From contig NW_003526948.1 in the NCBI RefSeq assembly GCF_000181795.1, positions 1,596,206 through 1,660,205 on the forward strand: a stretch of DNA of 64,000 nucleotides, read 5' to 3'. This stretch comes from Trichinella spiralis. Taxonomy: Eukaryota. Below are positions 29,906-42,106 of the stretch, piece after piece. The translations under genes and the position numbers were made by a program. The notes beneath the pieces were generated by a model, which saw only the letters and a program-made list of their open reading frames with translations, had not been told where the DNA came from and did not search any database. Positions within the stretch are counted from its first letter, which is position 1. The number at the start of each line of letters is the position of its first letter.

Positions 29906-32900
29906 TCTTTTTCTTCGGTTTCGATTATTTGGCACAACTTCACAAGATTGAGCTAAAAATTCAAATATATCATCACTTGCATACTTATCTCGAAAAATAA
30001 TGACTAACTAATAATTTGAATTTCGTTCGATGCAAATATTTCCAATCAAAAAATACCGAACACAGACTTATTTATTCATTTACAGTAATCAATTTTAATC
30101 TTGACTTTTCTTTGATAAAAAGAAAAGAAACATGATATTTGTTCCATTGAACATGCAATTTCAGCACATCATAAATCAATGAGTAAAACTGTAATACTGT
30201 GATGCAAACTAAAATTTCGCCGCTGATCAGTGTGACAAAATTCACACTTGTAAATACCTTCTTGCATTATAAATAAATAATTCACAAGCTGCTGCCATTG
30301 AGAAGCAACTGCAAATTTCTGATTACAAAGTATAAATGACAGACAACAAGCAAGCAAACCACTTTATCATCGTGTCAATAAAAGAAAACTGAAATGGAAT
30401 ATTTCAACTCTGCACGTTGAGCAGCAATCAGCACCTGCAATTACGTTTCAACAACAACAACAATAATAAATATTAAATCGAATTGAAAATTCCTTATTCA
30501 ATATTAAAACATACAATAGCAAACTTTATGTATCATGTAAAAATGATATGCATCAGAAAACGTCGACGATTAATGAATAGCATCAGACAAGCGTCCCTGT
30601 AGGAGGAGTTACAATTGTGGGTTAATAATGCATGCTTACAAGTGTTTATAATTCCTGCGACAAAAATAAAAATTAAATACTATCAAGTCGATTAAAATTT
30701 AATAAATTTTCATGCTTCTTCGAACAAAGAGGGAAATTTTCATGAAATTTTAAACAAGATAATTTCTTAACATTTACAGTGAAATAATTTCCTAAAAAAG
30801 AAGAATAAATACACAGAGATAACTTATTGCTTTTAACTTTACATAAATCGAACGCATCATACAAAACAACGAACATTATTACATTATATAAAGTCCTTTT
30901 AATATCAAAATTTCTATTTCAAATTTCAGAAAATTTTAGAAAAATTCTGCGTTGTCTTTCTCAAAATATTTTCAAATAAGTTTACATCAACGCGCTTTCT
31001 AGTGAATAAATATTTTACAATACCAATTCCACTTATTAATATTTAAACAATCAAACCCATACCTAACAGTTCCGACTCCATTTGTAAAGCAGTGCAGTGG
31101 AAATTTTATTTGCTCAACTTTCAGAGTTTCGTAGAATGTTGATAAAAATGTTTAAATAGAAAATTTGTATAGATACTTCTTCTTAATTTCATACAAGTGT
31201 ATGGTAAGAAAAAAATTTCAAGTACATTATACTGTAATTAGAAAAATAAAATTATTAAGAATAGTGAATATTTTGAACGTTCACAAGTGAGCAAGAATGG
31301 AAAAAGCGTAAGAAAATGTAGCATAATTTTCTGATTTTTCTTTTATTAAAATTATTATTTTCACTCTTCATTTTCTTTATAAATAAATATGCCAAATATC
31401 CAAAGTAATATTTCAGGAATAAATCCTTCTTTTTGTAAAAAAAACCTTTAATAAAAGGACTTTATTTGATAATTATTTTACCATTTCAAAAGCTACACAG
31501 CATAACTACTGTTGGTATGACAAATGCTGAAAAGTACAATTAACCGCATATTCAGAATGGTGAATTACTTTTTTCAACAAATATGAAATTGTTCATTATA
31601 TTTTCATAAATGATGCCCTTTTAAAAAATGTTTTTTGAATATAATAACGCATAAAGTGTAAATGCACATTTTATACATGACTTACGATTGCTATTTTCTT
31701 AGTCTGGTTGTGTTGTATTATCAAAGCTGAAGTGAACTTATATTTAAATATTTGTTGGTTATATTACAATGAAGATAAAAATCAGTGGGAAATAATGACT
31801 TCTGAAATATTTATTTTTTTTTAAATAAAACTTAAACTGACGCACCATTCAGTAGGCTAGTGATGTGTTCACACTGCTGAACAGCTTCTGCAGGCATGAT
31901 TTCGAATGCGATAAGAGGTTTAAAAGAAAATGACAGAATAATTATTGGCAACAGTCGACGAAATTGCAAAGCTTATACCACTTTGCTTACTAATATTGCA
32001 GCCGTGAATGACGAAAATAATATTCAAATTCACGCACAACGCATTTTCATAGTAAACTTCAAGATGACCACATTTTCTTCTTTAGCAGATGTCAAAATGG
32101 AGTAAATTCACTTTTCTGTCGAACAACTGTACCTTTTTATGTGCTACTTTTATTCAATTTATGACGTTCAATTGAACAGCATTTGCTAATAAAATTGGCC
32201 TACGCTACGCTCTTTACTCTCACCTAAATTTGTATTCTACCATTTACTTGTAATATACTATTTGTTACAATTATAAATAATCTGCATTAATAAATTTGCC
32301 ACTTTTGTGCATAATACAGTTTTTCTTTTGCTATTCACACGTTAAGGAATGAATTGCTGAAATGTGTAAACAATTATTCAACTTTCAATCATACATGAAC
32401 AACTTTTTTAATTTAACAATAAAATAAACTTTATGCAAATAACAAGTTGTTTTTTCTGCTTATTTCTTGCCCACATGTTGTCTAGATTATTGAATAAAAA
32501 ATTGCAAATGACAGTATGAAAATGATACATGATTATTGTGAATCATAAAAATCGATTTAACCTTAAAAAAATTGTCGAATAAAATAAATAAAAAGAATTG
32601 ATGAATTGTTAATCTTATAATTAAAAAGTGATGATGTTGATGCTGAAATTGAAAGTTGTGCTAAATATTGTATATATTAAATATTAAATAAACTAAATAT
32701 TAAATAAATAATTTAATTTTCATATTAAATATTTTTGCATTATATATTTGTGAATTTCTTTACTATTAATATTATTACACCTGAACAATTCATTTTCTAC
32801 AGTTGCATGAATGAAGAAGCAGAAAATAATTTGAATATTTTGCAACGGTGTCAAACCGGTTTTATTTTGAAAAGAATGCATATTACTGTTATTTTCTTGC

Positions 32901-34893
32901 CGCTCTTTTCCCTCCTGAATTGCAACATTGATGACTAAAACAGAAATTTATTCTCCTTTCGTGATACGTTTGTTCAATGAATAAATCAATGTTGCCATGC
33001 ATGCTATGGGGTATAATAAGCGATTTATTTTTGTTTTCCACTATTAATTTCTAGTATTTGTTGATTTTTCAAAATATTGTTCCAAAAAATAATTCATTTC
33101 AATTTTTACTTGTTCATATGGAATGTTATTAGTTTTCTATTTCGTGAAGTTGCATAGTGTGAATGTAAACTTTTTTCTAGATCAAATGTAAACAAATGTT
33201 CGACAGTTTAAAATTCTAAAAAAGTCATACTGTAGTGAGTGGATCATGTTGAAATGAACTATTTACTATTTTTAAACAAGTTGAATATTATGTTTGTGTT
33301 CTGAAATTTGTTTGCGGAGTGCAATTTATCAGTTTTAAAAAAGAAATCTTTTTTACAAGAAGCAATTGAAATTTTATATAAATATTATTGGCTGTAATTT
33401 AAAATGATTACTTTTTACAACGAATATATTTATTCTTTTGTTCAGCTCTTTTATAATAAAGTGAAAGTCAGAATTTTGTAGAAGTAAATTAGCATTTTAA
33501 AATGACAAATTATCATCTTGTAGTACTATTTTAACAAATTAATGATGAACATATTTTGAGATTTTAATAGTGCATTAAGATTCTGTGTTGTTTTGAAATG
33601 GCCTGTTTTTATCATTGAAAAAGGGTTCTGTTCACAACTGCACTGTATGCAAATGATGAACAACACTTTCTTTGGCAATTTGAAATGTTTTGCAAAAATC
33701 TGCTGCTGTTTATACTGGACCACGTTAGCCCAACGATGCAGTCTTTTGCTTTACATGGTGGAAAATAAATGCAAAGCTTTATTTTAGCTAAACAGAGTTT
33801 AGCTTTTAGTTCGATATGTTGCACTTCACGCTTGTCTATTGCATTTATACTACTCAGTATTTCTACGTCATCATATACTTTGTACAGTTTGAATAAAACA
33901 CTACTGTTTATTTTTATTTTGCTTTGTAAAATATTTAATATATACATAAAATTTGAATTGCATATCTGATAAAAGTTTTTCATTCGTCTAACAAAATTAT
34001 TCAATTATTTTATCAAGCAATAGCGCTACCGAACTATCACGCACATTTCATGCAACAAAACTTGAAAATATAGCATGCTATTTCATTCATTATTTGTTCC
34101 TGTAAATGATTTATACAATTCAAATTATTAGGTTATATTTTCATTATATATTTTACTTATTTATTTCTATGTTTAATTATGATGATGCATTTGCATAAAA
34201 TGTAACGTTACGAAAATAGAAACTGTAATTTTAATTTCAACATAAAAATTATTCTCAGTAGTAGAAAATGTTTAATTTTATTCTTAATGAAATGTTTTAT
34301 GATTCAGGTGGCATAACAAACGGCTGCGTTTATAAACACTGTTATGAAAAAACAAATAATCTGCTCGTGTATTTTAACTCACAATCATCTCATTAGCGAA
34401 ACAAAGTATTGCTCATAGTACGAAATTCACTTTTAATATTTAAAGTTGTAAGTTAAATTCTTCACAAAATTGGCATCACTAAACATTATTATGAATTAAC
34501 TTTTTAATACTAATTCATAATATTATAATTTCAAAGGTTGTTCAACAACGTGTGGGTGTATAATATTTTTGATTGAATGAAATTAACTTTGACAGTAGAA
34601 TCACATTCGATATCATGATGATTTCTTCAGCTGTTATCAAATATTTAAATTCACTTAATGAATATAGCATAAATATTGCATAAATGATGAGAATATGTCG
34701 CTCGACAGTCATTGCACGAATTTAATTTTGTAGCATGGAATTTAAAATCTTTTACATAATGATTGCATTACTTAGCAATACGCACGGTTGGGACAAAAGC
34801 GAAAAAGCATCAAAAAAAGTGATAATTTTTTAAATATTTTTTTGTACCATTTTTATCAGAAAAATATTTTGTTTTATAAAATTTTAATTACAG

Positions 34894-35807
34894 TTGGAAT
34901 CCACGCTTTTTCGCGTTGTACAGTACTGCTCAATGGCGCAGTGCAGAAGTGAAACTGTAAATCGTAAACAATGTTACAGTAATAATGGAAATTATGATCC
35001 GAGCTCAAATTGTGCAGCTCAGGAAAACGAATGGAAAGAATGTGTCGCATTTTGCTATGATGAAAAGTTGATCAGTAAGTTTTCGTTGATAAGCTTGTTG
35101 TTCATCAAGTAAGCAATCGTAAACTTTTCATGCAACATTAACAGTGAGTTTGAACTTTAAAATAAATTAACAATTGAATATACTAAACGCATAAATTTTT
35201 CAACTTCATATTTAAAACATGTTGAACTTCAGTTCTCTTTTTATCAATGCCGTTTTTACAGTATTTGAATTTAAGACTTGGAAGAAGCGAGTACATCTTC
35301 AGTTGACTACAAAATTGATCTTCTCGACGTAAGTGTTGCACGTTGATTGTATTTTTATATTTAAAAATTAAATTTGAATTAAGGCGTAATTTTAATTTTG
35401 ATGTTTTTATTTGAGATGGTCTGTTTACGTTATGATAGTATTATTATAAATGTTTTCTTATGTACATTTTGGAAGGTGTTTTTCAATGTGACTTTTGAAA
35501 AGTAGAATTTATCAAATTTTCTTAAATTACATTTTCTTTTATGAACTTTCGAAATATAAAGAACCACAATAGTGGTTAAAATTTTGAAATAGCACTTTTT
35601 TAGCTAATATTAAAAAAATTCAGTTCACTAGCAATCTGCGATGAAACGCAGTGTCGCAGTGAAGCCATAAAGTACAAAAAGTGCAGTGCTGCATATCAAT
35701 TTTGCAGCGATGTTCAAAGAATTATAGAAGATTATGAAAAATGCTCTCACAGATGTATTTTTAATAATGAATTAGCAACCAATTCACAACAGTTGTTGGA
35801 AAAGTGA
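34894..35807 (+). CDS. Unknown protein with at least two 6-Cys repeats; 3' exons only, 5' exons unresolved (candidates at 31856-34360)
   Basis: Exons ~34894-35074, ~35263-35328 and ~35624-35807 join in frame via GT-AG. Two homologous units: CSMAQCRSETVNRKQC..NC..EWKECVAFC and CDETQCRSEAIKYKKC..FC..DYEKCSHRC. TGA at 35805-35807. Confidence 0.6.
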
Positions 35808-37349
35808 AAAAGTTATGAAAACGAAAAAAGTTTATTTTTCCACTTCGAAGTTATTTGAAATTTAACATTGAACAAAAAGTAATAAATCAGTCATAACGAT
35901 GTTTTTAATTTTTTTGTTGATTGTGATTGGTTTATTTTTAAATTTACGGTAAACTGGCCATATTGAAATAATTATTCAACTCTGATGAAATTTGCTAGAA
36001 AACTAGCACATTTTTTACAGTAGAAAAATTCTAATTTGTGCAAGTTTCAAAAATTGTCCCAGAGAGAGAAAGAGAGGGGGGGGCGGAAGAAATGTAGACT
36101 AAACAACAAAAAACCGGTTTGACGTCAGTTTTTCAGCATAGTTTTGTACAAAAAGAAAAAAAGGTTCAAAATGAAAAATTACAGTATTCATTATTACTAG
36201 AAAGGTAATTGTAAAGATTTGAGAAATAAAAAAACACATATTTCAAACGAGCAAGCAAGCTTTTGCAAATTGTATGTATATCTACTTATTTTATGGCACA
36301 GTTTGAGGAAGTGATGAAAACACTTCACAAGCTTCCATTTTGTTAAGCGGAAGCAAAATGAGGAAATTGTTATTCTTTTGATTTTGAATTTTGTTTACCA
36401 TCCATGACATTGGCAATGAGCTTAGCGGCAATAAACGCTAATCCTGAAATGGTGATAAGCAGTCAAGATATGACCTCTGAAATAAATGATGCTTTTGATT
36501 GATCCGTTTTTGAAAAGAACAAATTTTTACAAACAATAATAATATGTAGTAAATAACAATGTTTGGTTGTACTGTGAAAGGCATCAGAGAGATTTAAACT
36601 TTTGATAAATTGAAATTTATTAATTTTCTTTAAATAAATATTCTGAGCAGTGTCAACCTGAATCCTTCTTTCGAACGTTGATTGTTGTAAATTGATCATG
36701 TAACGTGTGTGTTTACATTTTGAATTTATGCAAAAATTAGGTACTTTCACAACAGCAGATGGATTGTAAAAATGAAATGTAAAAGGTTGAATGCCGTTTG
36801 ATGTGGTCAATATGGAAATCAATGATGATGCAAAACAATGTTGTTGTTGTTGTGGTGGTGGTGGTGGTGAATGTCTGAAGAAAATTGTTGTTGACAACAG
36901 GCAAATCACGTGGGAAACAACAACACCCGCGGACATGCGAATCCACCGATCAAACCATTGTTAACATAAGATGACACGCACTGTTTGCATTTTCCATATC
37001 TCGTTTGTACAGTGAATAGACGTCGATGGTTACAGTTATTGTAGATGTGGTGCATCGTGTGTCTAAGATTCGACTGCATGCGCGCAAGTTGACTACAAAT
37101 CGTCATTGCTCTTTACAAATGTTGTTAGTCAATTTTCATCTGGTAAACAAATGATAAAGTCGCCTGTCGTCGTCAATCAAGCTTTCTCTGTCTCTCTTTC
37201 TGTACATTCTGCACAGCTAGCTGGCTAGCTAGTCAACCAAACTACAAGCGTCGTATAATAATACAGGGGAAAATCATCGACTGATTTTTGCCACACCTTT
37301 TCAATGCCAGCACAATTCAACGCCAAAATTATTGCACACTATCATCAGC

Positions 37350-40300
37350 ATGGATTTGGTGTTGTACCTTTGCTTTGAGTCGAAATTGATGCTCTTGTTA
37401 CTTCTTCTTCTTCTTATTGTTTCGCTTAATTTCGGTGCTTTTTGTGAATTTCAATCAATCAAAAACAGTGTGTTTCGTCTTTGCAACAGCAGTCAAGATA
37501 ATGCTTTTATTTCTTGTCCAAGTAAATATGCGACCGAGGTGCTGCCGCAGTTGCGATCATTGCCCTGGTTGAACACTTTGTAAGCTGATTTTCACTTTGC
37601 AATTTTATTATTTAATCAGTTTTCATCTCATTCACTTTGCCAAACAATTTCTCAAACCTTCTCAAAATATATTATGCTAATTTGGGATTATTTGGAATTT
37701 ATACCACGACTGCATATATAATTTATATTACAATTTTACATATATAATAGTTAATATTCAATAATATTCTGCATGAATAACAAAAATGTGTTGTATATTC
37801 TTCAACTAAGAAACAGCAGTCTTTTGTTTGTGTTTATTTGCATCGCTCTTTCATTAAAATTAATGAACACAATTAATCTTTGCGGGCGTTATTTACTCAC
37901 GATGATCAACGTTCAACGATAAATAAATATTTTATGCGTTGGCTGCTCTTTTTGTTTTTTTTTAAAAATAAAACCTCTATTGATGTCAGATAATTTTATA
38001 ATTTTCAACTTGTTTGAAGCAAATTTTTAATTTTCATTTACAAACTTTCTACTTCAATATCTATTTTTAAATAATATGCCTCTCGTTTTTATTGGATGTA
38101 TGCATTTAATACAAAGTTTGTGAAAATATTTCAGATTTAGATTTTGCAAATATAAAACGGCCATTTTGATCTGCAGCTAAAATGTAATTTATCTTTTGCA
38201 AAATCTACTTACTGTAAAAAGAACAGTTTAATCAGGTAGCAAAATGGGATTGTTTTTATCACATTTGAAAACATCGATCTTATGAGCTTTTTTTGTATTT
38301 TTACTACTCTAAGCGTACTCTCGTGGAAGCATTTACGAAGCAGAATAAATTTTCACAGCTTTTTTCTTTTATTCAATTTATTTATAGTGAAATTGAAGAT
38401 TCTGAAACAGAACTGAAATTACCATGGAAGAAATTTGCACGTTTATCTTCTTTAAAAATTCTGTAAGTTTACATATGAAAATTGTGACGCAAACTCTTTA
38501 TTACATTTTCAATAAGAATTTAATGTAAATATATGATACAGTCTGTTTCATATTTAATCATATCATTAAATTGGAAGTAGATTTACTTTCAACATATTAC
38601 GTTGATTATAAAAAATGTTCACTAAATTATATTTCCATTATAATTTTTCTTCATTCAGTAATGATGATTACGAAGCACATTGTCATCACTTTTGTTCTAC
38701 AACGTGTAAACGTTAATCATTAAGTTACAGTAGGACACGTTTTAAGTTACTGTAAATAATCACAACAAAATTTTAATGGGTGATTCAAAAATTCATCATT
38801 TTATGCTATTATTATGTTAAATAGATTACTTTAAGTGACCTGCGTGCAGCCAAATTAGACTGTTCTTGTCAAAACATGTGGCTTGCATTTTGGGAAAAAA
38901 TTCTTGAACCCATCACACCAATCGAGTCTTTATCAATTGAGATGGATGTCCTTTTATGGTTTCTAGCAGACGTTAATCGCGTCTGCGATTTAGATTGTCC
39001 CAAAACTGTGCGAGATATTTATGAGTTACCAAATCAAATTAACCTACCAAAAGATGCTTTCAATCACTGTCTTACCGAAGGTGACCCAGCAACAGAATCT
39101 GCAATTTACGAAAATTTTAAAACTAGATGTGGTATGTTATATATTGTTTCAGTAGCTGATGTTTGACAAAATTTCACTGCTACACTGTTTCAGGATTTGG
39201 ATCTTTACAGTTAAATGTAAAGCAAGTTATATTTGGTTACAACAAGACAGACGATGTTGTGGTGTGCAAAGCCACAAACAGTAATTTGATTAGCGTCACA
39301 TCAAAAGAGTGTCCAACTTTTAAAATGACAAGTTTTCTAGAAGAGCCAGCAAAGCCTGACACGTTCACGTGGTAAGTTATTGTATGTTGCATTAGTTAAA
39401 TGTTGCCCACTATTTTGATTGAACTCAATATTTTACTTGAAGGGTAAACAAATGCATTTCTTTGCATATCATTATTACTGACTGTCATAAAAATTTGCAT
39501 AAAGTGATTATCTCAGAAGCTTGTAGCGTGTTTATCAGTTTCATTTTGTGCTTCTTTGATTGTTGCTGTTTTGTTAGTTGTATTTTTGGATTTTCATTTT
39601 GAAGTTACAAATTTAACTCAGAGTACAACTTAGTTTATTACAAAAGACGTTTTAGTGTTGTCCGACTTTTGTTGTTAACATTATGATGAACTATTGATAT
39701 ATTTTCAGTTGAAAATTGCCTGAATAGTGAATATATTTTTAGTTTTTGTTATGCTTATATTGGTTTTAAGAACTAAATGTTTCCCTTCCATATCCCATAT
39801 TCACAGTACATATATGCAGTATGAAAATTGTTGAATGATTGTGTTTGTTTTATGCAGGTGCATGGGTGATGATACGGCTGTTTTATCCGTTAATAATGTT
39901 CGACCAAACAGTTCTGGATGGATAATATGTTTTGGAAATGGATATCTTCCCCAAGCTGCTGCCATACCGCTTTTAGTAATTAGTATGTGAGTTTTCAGTT
40001 TCATGCATTCATAAAAATATTTTACGATAATAGAATAAGATTATTCATAAAATATAAAGCAAAGATTATAGGAAATGACAAAACATCACGAGACAATAAT
40101 TTTGCGTCATTATTTATTATTATTATTATCAATTGAGTTGCTTATTAATTATGCAATTAAAGATAATTAATCATTGTCAGTGATTGGAATATTATTAGTA
40201 ATATGGTCCTGTTGAAGAAGTAAAATTTTAAACTAACAGAGAATAGTGTTGTGTATTTCTATTTTATATTTGCCAAATTTGTTATAGCTCCACCGGTGTA

Positions 40301-41678
40301 TCTTCGATTTGAAATGGATCGTGTGAATCAACAAGAACTGTTTATTCGATTTCAGCTTCATTCATATCCGAATGTTGATCTGCATTTATTTATTTGGGAA
40401 ACTGATTTGAAAAATTGGCGTGAATTGTCACTTACTGAAGAATACACATCTACAAACGGAAGAAGAGGAGCACTCTGGTTTTCCCGCACTTTGCGATCAT
40501 TGGCTAGCACAACGACAGAAGGTGAAATTCAATTTACTAAAATGGATACGGTATGCAGAACTGATTTGTATAATTTCACTGCGTGCAATGCAGTTGGATG
40601 CATTTCAAAGGTATTTGAAATAAAGCCAGGTATTAATTGAGTATGAAGTTTTGTATCAACCTATTTCACGCATGTTGTTATGCAATACTTTCAGATGAGA
40701 ACAACGTACTCTGTGCAGCCAACGCTGATAGTCCTACATATCAAACACCAAAATCAGTAAAATTTAACATTTTGCGTATTCATGCCGTTCCTACTAAGCA
40801 TGATGATGCGAATTATTTAAATTATGCTGATGGCCAAACTGACCAATCAATGCAATATTCTCCAGTAAGTTTTCATGTTTTACAAGTGGAACTCATTTTT
40901 TCACTTTTGAGCAACACTTTAGTAGTTTAGCAATTTTTGATGATGCTTATTAAAAGTGAGCATAAGGGGTGGTTTTACTCGGTCCCGCTTTTCTCTCATT
41001 GGTCTTTGCCCACGCTATTTTATTAGACCGTCAAATCTTTGTTGTATTGGTTTTCATTTTATTTGGCCGTGAAGTCTTTGTCGTAATGGTTTTCTTTGTC
41101 TAATTGCTCAGTGAAATCTTTGTCGTATTGGTTTTCCTTGTCTAATTGCTCATTGATTCAAACTCTTCAGTTGTGATTAAGATTTGACGATCCAATAAAA
41201 TAGCGTGGGTAAAGACCAATGAGAGAAAAGCGGGACCGAGTAGTACCAAACCTGAGCATAAAAATAATGCAAGTTCATGTATAAATACTGTACAGATTAT
41301 TACTATCAAATTTCGTTTAATGAGTAATCAACTGCTAGCAGTCATAATTTCATGTGCTAAAAAGTTTGCGCTCAGCATTAGCTTTTTGCCATAATTAATA
41401 AACTAATTTATTGTTTTTTTTGCATTTTAAAACAATTACGTTGATTTTTTAGTTTGCTTAATTAAAACTTTTGTTTTTAGATGCAAGTAATAATCCCTTT
41501 TTTTATACTCAGCGCCGGACTTATGCTTACAGTATTGTGTATTATTATTAATCGATGGCGTGTTCTAAGACAAGCTAATAGCACGCTTAAAAAAAGGCAG
41601 CCTATCGATGGACAAGAAAATGCACCAGAGCGTACTGCTGTTCTGTCAGATGCAGCTGAAAATGATATTGCCTTATAA
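37350..41678 (+). CDS. Type I membrane protein with a Trk-like ectodomain (signal peptide, Cys cluster, LRR, LRRCT, two Ig domains), TM and short tail; no kinase
   Basis: Eight exons join in frame: 37350-37579, 38388-38462, 38836-39131, 39194-39371, 39858-39982, 40288-40629, 40695-40864, 41481-41678. Poly-Leu signal peptide; LRR FEIEDSETELKLPWKKFARLSSLKIL; LRRCT LDLRAAKLDCSCQNMWL; Ig-like VVVCKA..AVLSVNNVRPNSSGWIIC and PPVYL..HSYPNVDL..DLYNFTACNAVG; TM VIIPFFILSAGLMLTVLCIII. Confidence 0.75.
40966..41252. mobile_element. Non-autonomous DNA transposon (MITE), 287 bp, 9-bp TSD; Mutator- or Merlin-like
   Basis: ~70-bp imperfect terminal inverted repeats: ggggtggttttactcggtcccgcttttctctcattggtcttt...tcaaatctt and aagatttga...aaagaccaatgagagaaaagcgggaccgagtagtaccaaacc. 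Flanked by the direct repeat tgagcataa at 40957-40965 and 41253-41261. Internal ~42-bp tandem subrepeats. Confidence 0.92.
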
Positions 41679-42106
41679 ATATTGTCTATTTCTTCCATTA
41701 CTGAAGTAAGTAATCTGTTTAATTTCTTTGCTAGCATGATGAAATGAGCAGAAACACATAGGTGGAATGCATGTAGTTGTTCAGAAAATTTAACTGTGAA
41801 GCCTGACTGAAATGAATACACTTTGCATGATGCTAACAACATATTGTATTATACAATAAAAAAATATCTTCTTAACACTTATTAAATTAACAAGATTTAA
41901 GTTTGATATGATACGCATAAGAGAATAGGCCAAATATTATAGCCTTGGTTTTGTCAACAGCAAATGTGGAACTTTTTGTTGATTCATTTTTAATGAATAT
42001 TCTCACATTTAATGTTCTAAGCAAAACAGTGACTTAAGAAGTATAATAATGATAAAATACCGTGGTTTTGGTACATTCCAGTGTCGATTATCTTACTACC
42101 AATCAT

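Noticed and set aside
36120..36127. CRE palindrome TGACGTCA upstream of the Trk-like gene
   Set aside because: A single 8-mer; another copy occurs inside an astacin exon, so chance is sufficient.
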